64,000 nt of DNA, from contig CAVUCU010000001.1 in the NCBI GenBank assembly GCA_963740085.1, forward strand, positions 992,001 through 1,056,000, given 5' to 3'. The position numbers and the translations under genes were made by a program. Shown here piece after piece: positions 8,504 through 16,823 of this stretch (its first letter is position 1; every line of letters begins with the position of its first letter). The stretch is from Nitrospirota bacterium (GTDB lineage: Bacteria > Nitrospirota > UBA9217). The notes beneath the pieces are model-generated. The model saw only the letters and a program-made list of their open reading frames with translations. It did no database searches and was not told where the DNA came from.

Positions 8504-9478
8504 TCACCTTTTCTTTTCCTCGACCAGAACACGATAGGATCTCAAATGATGGACGACGAAACCTCCAAACGACCGGTGCGGTGTCATCGCTGATTCCGCC
8601 ACTGCCAGCTGCGCCTCAAAGTATTTACCGCCCTTGCCAAAGAAGGTGACCTTCGCCGGTGTGGTCTCAAGCGTTTCGACGCCGATCATCACTTTTTTGT
8701 TCATCCGGTCCGCGTAATCGAGCTCGTTCTGTGCGTGCGACACGATCCCGTCAGGACCTTCGGCAGCGTTCCGGTAGTCCATGATCGCGACATAGTCGTA
8801 TATGTCTTGAACGAACTCGTTCAGCTTCCGGCGCTGCCCTTTCCACTCGACGTCTTCGATGCCGTCGTACCAGAACGGCATCGCCGGCCCCACGAGCATA
8901 CTCGATCCGGCCGCGGCCTTCATGCGCATGAATTCGGCGGAGAGCTCCAGATACTGCCTGCCGCGCACCGGGCGCCCGGTTGCCCAGTCGTCGAGAAGGT
9001 AGGGTTCTATGTCGATGTTGACGCCGTCGAATCGCGAGGACGCATCCGGCGTGCCTCTGTTGAAGTCGAGGACGGCTCCGAACATTCGTACGGCGGCGCG
9101 GTGCTTCTCCTGGAGGATGTACTCCTGGGTGCGGAGATACGCAGAGCCAAGAAGCGCAAATACCTTGAACCCTCGCGCGTGGGCGCTTGCGATGAGCTTC
9201 CGGTATTTCCCGGGCTCGTTCACCAGAATGTTCCGGCCGTTGAATTCGTCGGCATACAGATAGATCGTCGAGATATGCTGCTGATCGAGGAAGGTTTCTA
9301 CTTCCCGCTGCGCCTCATCATTGTCGAGCATGAGGACGGCGTCTTCCTCCCAGATCCACACGGCGCGCGGTGCGGCGACGGCCGAGTGTCCCGGCGCCAC
9401 AAACGCCAACCACAAAACGAGCATCGCGCTTGCGGCCCGAAAACAGGTCGTGAGGGTTCGGTTCATCCTGTCATTCAC
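8504..9478 (-). CDS. Exported TIM-barrel, glycoside-hydrolase-like hypothetical protein
   Basis: Signal peptide, AVWIW, IYLYAD, FDGVNIDIEPY, IMDYRN, IGVET, GFVVH. Visibly more GC-rich than its neighbours. Confidence 0.6.
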   Translation of the reverse strand: MNDRMNRTLTTCFRAASAMLVLWLAFVAPGHSAVAAPRAVWIWEEDAVLMLDNDEAQREVETFLDQQHISTIYLYADEFNGRNILVNEPGKYRKLIASAHARGFKVFALLGSAYLRTQEYILQEKHRAAVRMFGAVLDFNRGTPDASSRFDGVNIDIEPYLLDDWATGRPVRGRQYLELSAEFMRMKAAAGSSMLVGPAMPFWYDGIEDVEWKGQRRKLNEFVQDIYDYVAIMDYRNAAEGPDGIVSHAQNELDYADRMNKKVMIGVETLETTPAKVTFFGKGGKYFEAQLAVAESAMTPHRSFGGFVVHHLRSYRVLVEEKKR

Positions 9479-9505
9479 TCCTCGGGACGGCCCGGAGCCC
9501 CGATG

Positions 9506-10378
9506 TTAAGGGGCTGATGGGTTAGCAATATTGAATTCAGATTCAGCACGCTCGTTCCAGAGAACTACTCCATGCATCGTATCTTCATATGAGGTGGTGA
9601 AATCGAAGCTGAGCACGATAAGACCTACAGCGCCCGCTGAAACATCCAATGAAGAAACATGGTGACCGCGAGAAGCAGCATAAAAAGGCGCAACCACCGC
9701 TACGAGTGCGGCAACTGCAATACCCAGCCGAACTAAACCATTGCGCGTTTCACCGAGATACAGTTGCCCGAATCCCGGTATAAGAGATCGAAACGCTGCA
9801 GTTTCTTTTGATTTCCACGGAACTGTCTTTGCTTCTGCGGCAAATGCCGCCAATGATGAGTTCGGTTGATCTTTGATGAGTTCGTTAAATGCTTCATCCG
9901 GTGAGGAACGCGGCAGTCCTTGAGCGCCCACGCTTCGATACGCCCAGCCCAGCCGATACAGTGTGAGGGGCCGCAGTTTCGTTTGCGGATGCAGCTCAAG
10001 AAGTGTTTCCCAAATTTGAACCGCGCTGTCCGGCGCACGAAAGCGCAGATCTTCCAGATCCAACGATCCGGCCAAGCTCTGAAATCCAGGGAAGTCGGTG
10101 ATGGCAGCAGCGGCCTCAGCCAGATATTTTCCGGTGCTTCGTTCAGGGGACAAGAACCTGTATCGATAAAAACCTTCTGCCTGCAGAAAAAGACTGCGTT
10201 CGGACGGCTCCGGCTTGTATTCATCAACCGTTTTTTCGGTGCGTTGAAGCTGCTGCTGGGCCTTGGAAAACGTCTGGTCATCTTGACGAATCAGGACCGA
10301 GCTTGCAGAGCATGCATTCAGCAAACCACCGATCAGCATCACCATGACGTATTTTGGAGCATACGGAAATTTGTTCAT
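9506..10378 (-). CDS. Lipoprotein with TPR-like region and C-terminal TM2-like membrane segment
   Basis: LLNAC lipobox. LLELHPQT..LYRLGWAY. SLIPGFGQLYLGE followed by two hydrophobic helices. Confidence 0.65.
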   Translation of the reverse strand: MNKFPYAPKYVMVMLIGGLLNACSASSVLIRQDDQTFSKAQQQLQRTEKTVDEYKPEPSERSLFLQAEGFYRYRFLSPERSTGKYLAEAAAAITDFPGFQSLAGSLDLEDLRFRAPDSAVQIWETLLELHPQTKLRPLTLYRLGWAYRSVGAQGLPRSSPDEAFNELIKDQPNSSLAAFAAEAKTVPWKSKETAAFRSLIPGFGQLYLGETRNGLVRLGIAVAALVAVVAPFYAASRGHHVSSLDVSAGAVGLIVLSFDFTTSYEDTMHGVVLWNERAESEFNIANPSAP

Positions 10379-10404
10379 AGTCGCGATGACTCCATGTTTT
10401 TACG

Positions 10405-10464
10405 GATAAATGCGCGTGTGAAACGCGCGTCTCTTTCGCGTCGGTCTCGACCCGCTGGTTGTAC
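10405..10464 (-). mobile_element. Integron attC-like recombination site (R' core mutated)
   Basis: Minus strand GTACAAC-CAGCG-GGTCGAGA..TTTCACA-CGCGC-ATTTATC. Imperfect palindrome with three extrahelical bases. R'' overlaps the rsgA stop. Confidence 0.65.
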
Positions 10465-11534
10465 TACTGGTTCCCTTTTTTGTGATGTTTCATTTCTGAC
10501 TTGATGAACTGTCCGAATTTACGGTCCTTTCTGCGCTTCTCACGGTAGGATAGCTCGTTGTACTCAGATTCTTTCATCAGTTTCAAATAGCTCTGGTATC
10601 TATCCGCAAGCACTGTGCCATTTTCAATTGCGGCCAGGAGTGCGCAGCCGACTTCCTGAGTATGGGTGCAATTGGCAAAACGGCAGGTTTTTGAAAGGCT
10701 CCAAATATCTGAGAAGCTTTCCTCGAGCCCTGAGCTGACGCCGATATTCCCCAATTCCCTCATTCCGGGGGTGTCGATCACCATCGCCCCATGATCCAGG
10801 ACGATCAGTTGGCGCTGCGCCGTCGTGTGTTTGCCCTTTCCGTCGCTTGCACGGACTGTGTTTGTCTCAAATAGATCGCGGCCTATAATATGGTTCAAGA
10901 GCGTTGTTTTGCCTACTCCGGAAGACCCAACCAGACAATATGTTTTACCCGGCTCCAGTAACTGTCGCACTTGATCCACTCCGAAGCCGGTTACGTTGCT
11001 GAGCGGGAGGACTTTGCAATCTATGTGAGCTTGACGAACCTCCGATATTCTTTGCTCCAGTTTCTCGGGGCTGACGAGGTCGCTTTTTGTCAGGAGCAGT
11101 ATCGGTTCAATGTGACCTTCGTTTACCATCACGAGGTAGCGCTCCAGTCTGCGCAGATTGAAATCAAGATCACAGGCTTGCACGATCAGGGCGGAATCAA
11201 TGTTGACCGCGATCATCTGGTAATCGATTTTTTTACCAGGGGTTTTTCTCCGCAAAAAAGATCTGCGCGGGAGAAGACCATGGATGATGGCAAAGGTATC
11301 GTCGTTGTGAAACTGGACCAGTGCCCAATCACCTACCGAAGGAAGATCAATGCTCGATTCAGCGGAGTAAATAAAACTTCCGGCTAATTCAGCGAGTACT
11401 TCGCTGTTATGATTTCTTACGAGGTAGCTGTCCCTGTGGACAGCGGTCACGCGAGCCACGTTGCAGTCAGGTCTCAGCGCCTCCGCTCTTTTGTCTTCAA
11501 ACCACTGATCAAAGCCGAGAGTTCTATTTTCCAT
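10464..11534 (-). CDS. rsgA: Ribosome small subunit-dependent GTPase A
   Basis: OB fold with SVGDW, TKSD (G4), GSSGVGKT (G1), GKHTT, DTPGMRE, CRFANCTHTQEVGC zinc finger. Confidence 0.92.
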   Translation of the reverse strand: MENRTLGFDQWFEDKRAEALRPDCNVARVTAVHRDSYLVRNHNSEVLAELAGSFIYSAESSIDLPSVGDWALVQFHNDDTFAIIHGLLPRRSFLRRKTPGKKIDYQMIAVNIDSALIVQACDLDFNLRRLERYLVMVNEGHIEPILLLTKSDLVSPEKLEQRISEVRQAHIDCKVLPLSNVTGFGVDQVRQLLEPGKTYCLVGSSGVGKTTLLNHIIGRDLFETNTVRASDGKGKHTTAQRQLIVLDHGAMVIDTPGMRELGNIGVSSGLEESFSDIWSLSKTCRFANCTHTQEVGCALLAAIENGTVLADRYQSYLKLMKESEYNELSYREKRRKDRKFGQFIKSEMKHHKKGNQ

Positions 11535-11549
11535 ATTAAGTCAACATTA

Positions 11550-11606
11550 AGTCAACGAGCGGGTGGGACGCCTTTTTGCGCGTCGGCCTCGACCCGCGTG
11601 TTGGCA
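11550..11606 (-). mobile_element. Integron attC-like recombination site
   Basis: Minus strand TGCCAAC-ACGCG-GGTCGAGG..TCCCACC-CGCTC-GTTGACT. R''/L''/L'/R' with 5-bp spacers and extrahelical C in L''. Homologous to the 10405 site. Confidence 0.7.
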
Positions 11607-11630
11607 CCATCGTGTCGGATATCGCTCTGC

Positions 11631-11654
11631 AAAAAAGCCGCTCATTCAGCGGCT
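11631..11654 (-). terminator. Rho-independent terminator
   Basis: AGCCGC-TGAATGA-GCGGCT-TTTTT. Confidence 0.8.
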
Positions 11655-11715
11655 GTTCTCAATACAATAGTGGAATACCGTCGTTCTAAAAGGAGGGATT
11701 ATCTTTGTTGATTTC
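11631..11715 (-). ncRNA. Putative ~85-nt small RNA with anti-Shine-Dalgarno motif
   Basis: Lies between a consensus promoter and terminator, has no ORF, and contains AAGATAATCCCTCCTTTT. Confidence 0.65.
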
Positions 11716-11721
11716 AATGCC

Positions 11722-11749
11722 ATTATAGTGAAGTGTATTTGCTTGTCAA
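11722..11749 (-). promoter_or_regulatory. Consensus sigma70 promoter
   Basis: TTGACA-16 bp-TATAAT on minus strand. Confidence 0.75.
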
Positions 11750-11870
11750 GAAGATTGAGGAGGCGGAACGGGGGTATTGCAGGGGCGATACACGCGGACC
11801 CACTTCCCGCAGGATACATATACTTTTTTCATTTGCAATGCCTTCCCGACTCTGTTAATCTTCGCACGTT

Positions 11871-13853
11871 ATGAAGCAATTCCCGATCAATATCTTTCTC
11901 CCCGCGGCCGGACTCGGCGAGCGGCTCAGGCCGATCACGAACCACCTGCCCAAGCCGCTGCTGCCGATCCTCGGAAAGCCGCTGATAGAGATCATTCTCG
12001 AACGGATCGCGGCCGCCTGTTCCGGCATCATCGGCATCAACCTCCATTACAAGCCTGAACTGCTGCGCGACTGGGCTCGGGCGTCCCGCTATGCCGACCG
12101 CATCCGGTTCTTTCCGGAAGATCCGATCCTCGGCACCGGAGGCGCGCTCAAGAACGCCGAAGAGCTCCTTTCGGGCGGCCACTTCCTGGTGCACAACGCG
12201 GACATCCTTCTGGATATCGACTTTGAACGGCTGATCGATGCCCACCTTAGCTCGGGAAACATTGCCACGCTCGTGACGCATAACCATCCAAAGTTCAGCA
12301 ACGTGGTCGTTGATGAAAATGGTCTTCTGGTCAATGTGGAGAATCCCGGGGACTCCCGGCCGGACCCGCTCACCATCGCAAAAAAAGTCGCCTACACCGG
12401 CATCGCCGTCTATTCCCCGGAAATATTAAAATTTCTTCCCGCAGGCGTATCCCACATGACCGTGGCCTGGATCGCGGCGGCGAAGGCGGGACATCGCGTT
12501 CAGACGCATGACGTTACGGGCGCTTATTGGAACGACATCGGCACCCCAGCCTCGTATGTCGCGAGCGTGCTCGATGCCCTGAGGGAAAACGGGGAAACAG
12601 TCCATGTGTCCCCGGCCGCCACGTGCGGGAAGATCGACATCGACGGCTACATCGTTATGGAATCGAGATGTGATGTCCGGGATGATGCGCGGCTCAGAAA
12701 CTGCCTTGTGATGCCCGATGCGCTTGTCTCGGGCAAATACGAGAACCGAATAATCGGTCCCGACTATGCCGTTGAACTCAGGGAAGCGGAGGTGCAGCCA
12801 TCGGTCCACGCCCGGGAGCAGAAAAGGGTGCCGCTTTCAGGACCGCTTTTTGCCCGGTATTTTGGAGTTGGGGTTTCCGCTGATCAATCTGCAATCCGAA
12901 ATCCGCAATCCGAAATTGCGTCAGACGCGATCCTGATCGGCCTCGGCGGGTCGGACAGGCGCTACTTCCGCGTGCGCAACAACGGGAAAACGGCGGTGCT
13001 CATGGAGTGCAGACCCGACGACCCGGATTACGAGCGCCATCTCATCTATACCCGCTACTTCGAGGCCCATTCTGTGCCGGTGCCGGTCCTCATCGCGTCC
13101 GATGACGACGACAAGCGCGCCCTCTTCGAGGACCTCGGCGATACCAGCCTCTACTCCTACCTGAAACTTCCGCACGACGACGCGCAGGTCGAGGAAATCT
13201 ACTGCAGCGTGCTCGACATCCTGGTTGCGCTCCACGGCCGGGCTACCGCGCATGTCCATGAATGCCCGCTGCTCCGCGACCGGATCTTTGATTTTGACTA
13301 TCTGCGATGGGAAACGAGCTACTTTCATGACCGGTTCGTTCTTGGACTCCGCAAGGCGGCGTTGAACGATGACGGCTCGTTGAAGGAAGAGTTCAACCAT
13401 CTCGCGCAGAAGGTGGATGCCTTTCCCAAGGGAGTGATCCACCGCGACTTCCAGTGTCAGAACATCATGATCACTCCCGGGGGTATTCCGCGTGTCATCG
13501 ATTTTCAGGGCGCGAGAATGGCGCCTGCTGCGTACGATGTCGCCTCGATCCTGTGGGACCCGTACTTCCGGATCGAGAACGGCACCCGCGAGCGGCTGCT
13601 CGATTATTATGTCAGTGAGATGAAGCGGGATTCAGCGGGCTTTCATGAAGCATCATTCAGAGAGAGCATCATCCCCTGCCGCCTTCAGCGCCATATGCAG
13701 GCGCTCGGCGCGTACGGCTTTCTCTCTGTCGTGAAAGGGAAAAAGCATTTCCTCAAGCACGTACCCGAGGCGCTCAGGATGCTGAAGGAAGAAACGGCAT
13801 CTATGAAGAGCGAATATCCTGAACTTTACAAACTCGTGGACGGCCTGTCATAA
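11871..13853 (+). CDS. Fused MurU-like nucleotidyltransferase / AmgK-like anomeric sugar kinase
   Basis: N-terminal PAAGLGERLRPIT..PKPLLP, E..ILGTGGAL, HNAD. C-terminal GGSDRRYFR, EDLGD, IHRDFQCQNIM, IDFQGA, YDVASIL, QRHMQALGAYG. Confidence 0.85.
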   Translation: MKQFPINIFLPAAGLGERLRPITNHLPKPLLPILGKPLIEIILERIAAACSGIIGINLHYKPELLRDWARASRYADRIRFFPEDPILGTGGALKNAEELLSGGHFLVHNADILLDIDFERLIDAHLSSGNIATLVTHNHPKFSNVVVDENGLLVNVENPGDSRPDPLTIAKKVAYTGIAVYSPEILKFLPAGVSHMTVAWIAAAKAGHRVQTHDVTGAYWNDIGTPASYVASVLDALRENGETVHVSPAATCGKIDIDGYIVMESRCDVRDDARLRNCLVMPDALVSGKYENRIIGPDYAVELREAEVQPSVHAREQKRVPLSGPLFARYFGVGVSADQSAIRNPQSEIASDAILIGLGGSDRRYFRVRNNGKTAVLMECRPDDPDYERHLIYTRYFEAHSVPVPVLIASDDDDKRALFEDLGDTSLYSYLKLPHDDAQVEEIYCSVLDILVALHGRATAHVHECPLLRDRIFDFDYLRWETSYFHDRFVLGLRKAALNDDGSLKEEFNHLAQKVDAFPKGVIHRDFQCQNIMITPGGIPRVIDFQGARMAPAAYDVASILWDPYFRIENGTRERLLDYYVSEMKRDSAGFHEASFRESIIPCRLQRHMQALGAYGFLSVVKGKKHFLKHVPEALRMLKEETASMKSEYPELYKLVDGLS

Positions 13854-13859
13854 ATAAAC

Positions 13860-14096
13860 TTACAACGCGCCCTTCGCTTTCAACGCCTTCTCAACCGCCG
13901 CGATCTGCTCATTATGCAGTTTGCAGTCCTCTTCATATTCGGCCGCCATATTCTGTGCCTTCTCGGCGCCGATATGCACCGAGGTCTTGCCGAACGTGAA
14001 CGAGTGCAGGTCCTCGATATCGCAGAGGCTGTCTTTCAACCGGTTGAGCTCTGTCTTGAGCTCATCGACCGACATGTCTTCTAATTTTTTTGCCAT
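13860..14096 (-). CDS. Small coiled-coil hypothetical protein
   Basis: 78-aa ORF with GAGGTGGAG RBS and host-like codon use. Confidence 0.7.
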   Translation of the reverse strand: MAKKLEDMSVDELKTELNRLKDSLCDIEDLHSFTFGKTSVHIGAEKAQNMAAEYEEDCKLHNEQIAAVEKALKAKGAL

Positions 14097-14125
14097 AAGA
14101 ACTCCACCTCAAAGAAGTATTTTTT

Positions 14126-14203
14126 ACCGCTGAGACACAGAGAACGCAGAGAGAATCCTTGTTATTCAAAGTGCATTTCTCCGCGTCTCCGCGTCTCTGT
14201 GGT
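14126..14203. repeat. Intergenic 9-bp-unit palindrome
   Basis: ACCGCTGAGACACAGAGAACGCAGAGA ... TCTCCGCGTCTCCGCGTCTCTGTGGT. Confidence 0.75.
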
Positions 14204-14217
14204 AGATTACGACTTTT

Positions 14218-15642
14218 TTACGGGTTCATCAAGCTTTCAAGATAATCCAGCGCCTCTCGCCGGTCCTTGAGCATACCCTCGGCCTGGCGCTCTTTGATCT
14301 CTTCAAGTACCACACGGAACTTCGGCCCCGGTTTCAGGCCGCGATCGATCAGGTCCTGCCCGGATACCAGCGGCTTCGCCTCGACCTTCAGGAACTTCAT
14401 GTAATAATATTCCAGCACCGCAGCCATGGGTCCTGTCGTGTCCGTGAACTGCTCCTTCGGCATGATCTCGCGGGTCGCGCGGGCATCCGCCTGCGCAAGG
14501 ATGAGGCTTTCCGGCAGGGCATCACCGACGTCCCGGCAATAGCGGTACATCGCGTTCTTGCTCGGCCCTCCGGGAGCGGACAGATTGAACAACCGCATGT
14601 GCTGTTTGATGACGCGGGTGATTGCTTTCTCCGTGTCATTCGAAAGTTTGAACCGCCTGCACAAAGATGCCGCCTTTTCAGCGCCAAGGCTGTCATGTCC
14701 GTGGAAACGAACATGTCCGTCTGCATTGCTGAACGTCTCGGGCTTCGCGTTATCGTGAATCAGACAGGCGAATCTGAGCGCCGCCTTTCTCGGCACGAGA
14801 TGCTCAAGGCGCTCCTCAAGATGCGCACGTATCGTCTTGTCGTGATCAGGCGATATCCCCGGCAGATCGTCAAGCACGTTGTCTATATATCCGGCCGTCT
14901 TGATCGAATGGGTCAGGACATCGTGGACGTGATACCTTCCCGGCGCGAACGCGCGGAGCGGTTCGAGCTCGGGGAAAAGCGGTGACAGAAGGCCGAGTGA
15001 ATCCATGAGCATGAGGTGCTTTTCGGCGTTCCGCTCTGAGAGGATCAAAAAAATCTCGTCCCGCACGCGCTCGGGGGAGGGCCTGGTTATGAGCCTTGAA
15101 TGTTGCCGGATCTGACCGACAGTCCCTTCTTCGATCGCAAACCCGAGCGTGGCCGCAAATCGTATTGCGCGCAGAAGCCGGAGCGGGTCTTCTTCCAGTA
15201 CACCCGGCCTCGTCACCCGGACAAGCCTGTTCTTGACGTCTTCCCGGCCATGCAAGGGATCGATCAATCCATCGAGAGACGCAGTGGTGATGAAAACCCT
15301 CAGATCAAGCGCCATCGCGTTCATGGTAAAGTCCCGACGCGCAAGATCTGCGTAGAGATCAGGTCCTTCGAAGTTCGTAAAATCAAACTGAATGATATCA
15401 GAATCCGTATGTTTGACGATGCGGGTGATCTTCCGCTCTTCATCGAGAAAAAAGAAACTTCCGCCTATGGTATCGGCAAACCTCCGTGCCACGTCCTCCG
15501 AGCCGGAGGCTGTCAGGAGGTCGATGTCCTTGATATCCTGCCTGCCGATCAGCAGGTCGCGAACTGATCCGCCGACGAGGTAGATCTTGTGCGGGGTGAG
15601 GGAGGGAAGTTTGGAAAGATATGTCCCGAAAGGAGAATTCAT
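14218..15642 (-). CDS. CCA tRNA nucleotidyltransferase / poly(A) polymerase family protein with HD domain
   Basis: YLVGGSVRD..DID, DLARRDFTMNAMA, EDPLRLLRAIRF, ERVRDE, HDNAKP. Start likely ATG 15642. Confidence 0.88.
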   Translation of the reverse strand: MNSPFGTYLSKLPSLTPHKIYLVGGSVRDLLIGRQDIKDIDLLTASGSEDVARRFADTIGGSFFFLDEERKITRIVKHTDSDIIQFDFTNFEGPDLYADLARRDFTMNAMALDLRVFITTASLDGLIDPLHGREDVKNRLVRVTRPGVLEEDPLRLLRAIRFAATLGFAIEEGTVGQIRQHSRLITRPSPERVRDEIFLILSERNAEKHLMLMDSLGLLSPLFPELEPLRAFAPGRYHVHDVLTHSIKTAGYIDNVLDDLPGISPDHDKTIRAHLEERLEHLVPRKAALRFACLIHDNAKPETFSNADGHVRFHGHDSLGAEKAASLCRRFKLSNDTEKAITRVIKQHMRLFNLSAPGGPSKNAMYRYCRDVGDALPESLILAQADARATREIMPKEQFTDTTGPMAAVLEYYYMKFLKVEAKPLVSGQDLIDRGLKPGPKFRVVLEEIKERQAEGMLKDRREALDYLESLMNP

Positions 15643-15721
15643 CGCTGATGATATAGGGTCCTGCAATCGAACCACAGGGCAAACAGTGGAACCCCTTTTA
15701 TTGAAACGGGAAGTCATTTTC

Positions 15722-15860
15722 CCGCAATGGCCTGTGAAAGATAGGCGGCCACTTAGGGATTCCGCAGAGTTCGCGGAGAAAAGCTAAAAAATGTTCCGGG
15801 TTAAAACAAGACTTAGGGGTTTTGATTTTAGCTCTGCGTCCTCGGCATGCTCTGCGAGAG
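15722..15860. repeat. 9-bp-unit palindrome with a conserved ~45-bp head (second copy at 51718)
   Basis: CCGCAATGGCCTGTGAAAGATAGGCGGCCACTTAGGGATTCCGCA ... CTCTGCGTCCTCGGCATGCTCTGCGAGAG. Confidence 0.7.
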
Positions 15861-15917
15861 ACGCCCTTATAGTTCAGGCTTGACCGGGTTCGTTACACTT
15901 GATGACAGCACCGACCG

Positions 15918-16610
15918 TCACTCGTTCATTTCCTTCTCCGTAACGTGCTCACCCGTGATCTTCCTGGTCTTCGTCAGCCGTTTTCGCCGCTCTTCCCGGC
16001 TCACATACCAGTCCTCGATGAGCGTCTCGACCAGACCGATCAAGAGCTCCGCCTCGCCGGGATCGGTATCGAGGATCTCCGCGCCTTCGCTCTCCATATG
16101 GGCGCCGATCATTCCGCTCTTCCTGATCGACTCGATGGTCTCCCAGGTAAGAGGGTCCGCAGTGCCCTTGATCTGCCGGAACTCATCGCCCAGGCTGCCG
16201 GGCTGCACCTGCCAGTAGTCCCGTAACATCGACGAAAGACAGCGTCGCGCCATGGCAGCGGCGACCTTGGAACTCAGTTCGAGGGTGAGACAGGCCTCCT
16301 GGTAGTCCTGAAGAATGTCCTGGGGAATGGTTATCGGGAATGAGCGGGCGCGGGAAGGCGGGACAAGGGCCCAGGTCTTGATGTGCTTTCCCGTGTAGGT
16401 ACGCTTTCCACTGACCTCCAGATGGTGCAGCGAGGTGATCAGGGAAAACTTACGGCACTCGGGATTGGGACATACCACAAACTTGCTCACCAGCCGGCGC
16501 GGACCATCCGCGTTCGGCAGGGTGAGATCGGCAAAGGACACACGCCGGTCTTCGTCGCTCACGGTCAGTTCCCTGCTGCAGTTTGGACAGTACCAGAGAT
16601 ATTCACTCAT
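15918..16610 (-). CDS. DUF4145 (HEPN-like) protein with N-terminal zinc ribbon
   Basis: CPNC..CPNPEC, IPQDILQDYQEA..AAAMARRCL, IRKSGMIGAH. GGAGGG RBS before ATG 16610. Confidence 0.75.
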   Translation of the reverse strand: MSEYLWYCPNCSRELTVSDEDRRVSFADLTLPNADGPRRLVSKFVVCPNPECRKFSLITSLHHLEVSGKRTYTGKHIKTWALVPPSRARSFPITIPQDILQDYQEACLTLELSSKVAAAMARRCLSSMLRDYWQVQPGSLGDEFRQIKGTADPLTWETIESIRKSGMIGAHMESEGAEILDTDPGEAELLIGLVETLIEDWYVSREERRKRLTKTRKITGEHVTEKEMNE

Positions 16611-16643
16611 GTTGCCCTCCATAGCGCGGCCTTTGGCCGCAGC

Positions 16644-16757
16644 CAATGCAAAATGCAAATGGTAAATTTCAAATTGCAAAATTGAGGTATGACCTTAGTC
16701 TGCAGTGTCTTTTCTCTCATTTTGACTTTTGCATTTTGCACTCTGCATTTTGCAATT
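16644..16757. repeat. Palindromic heptamer-repeat element
   Basis: AATGCAAAATGCAAATGGTAAATTTCAAATTGCAAAATTG ... CATTTTGACTTTTGCATTTTGCACTCTGCATTTTGCAATT. Confidence 0.75.
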
Positions 16758-16823
16758 ACGTTTCAAACATTCACGCGAACAGGTCAAGTTCTAAAGAGAA
16801 ATAACATAATACGCGGACAACTA

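Noticed and set aside
11689-11728. Type I toxin ORF antisense to the sRNA
   Set aside because: The plus-strand AAGGAGGG is followed only by a 7-codon ORF (LLISMPL) with no TM helix
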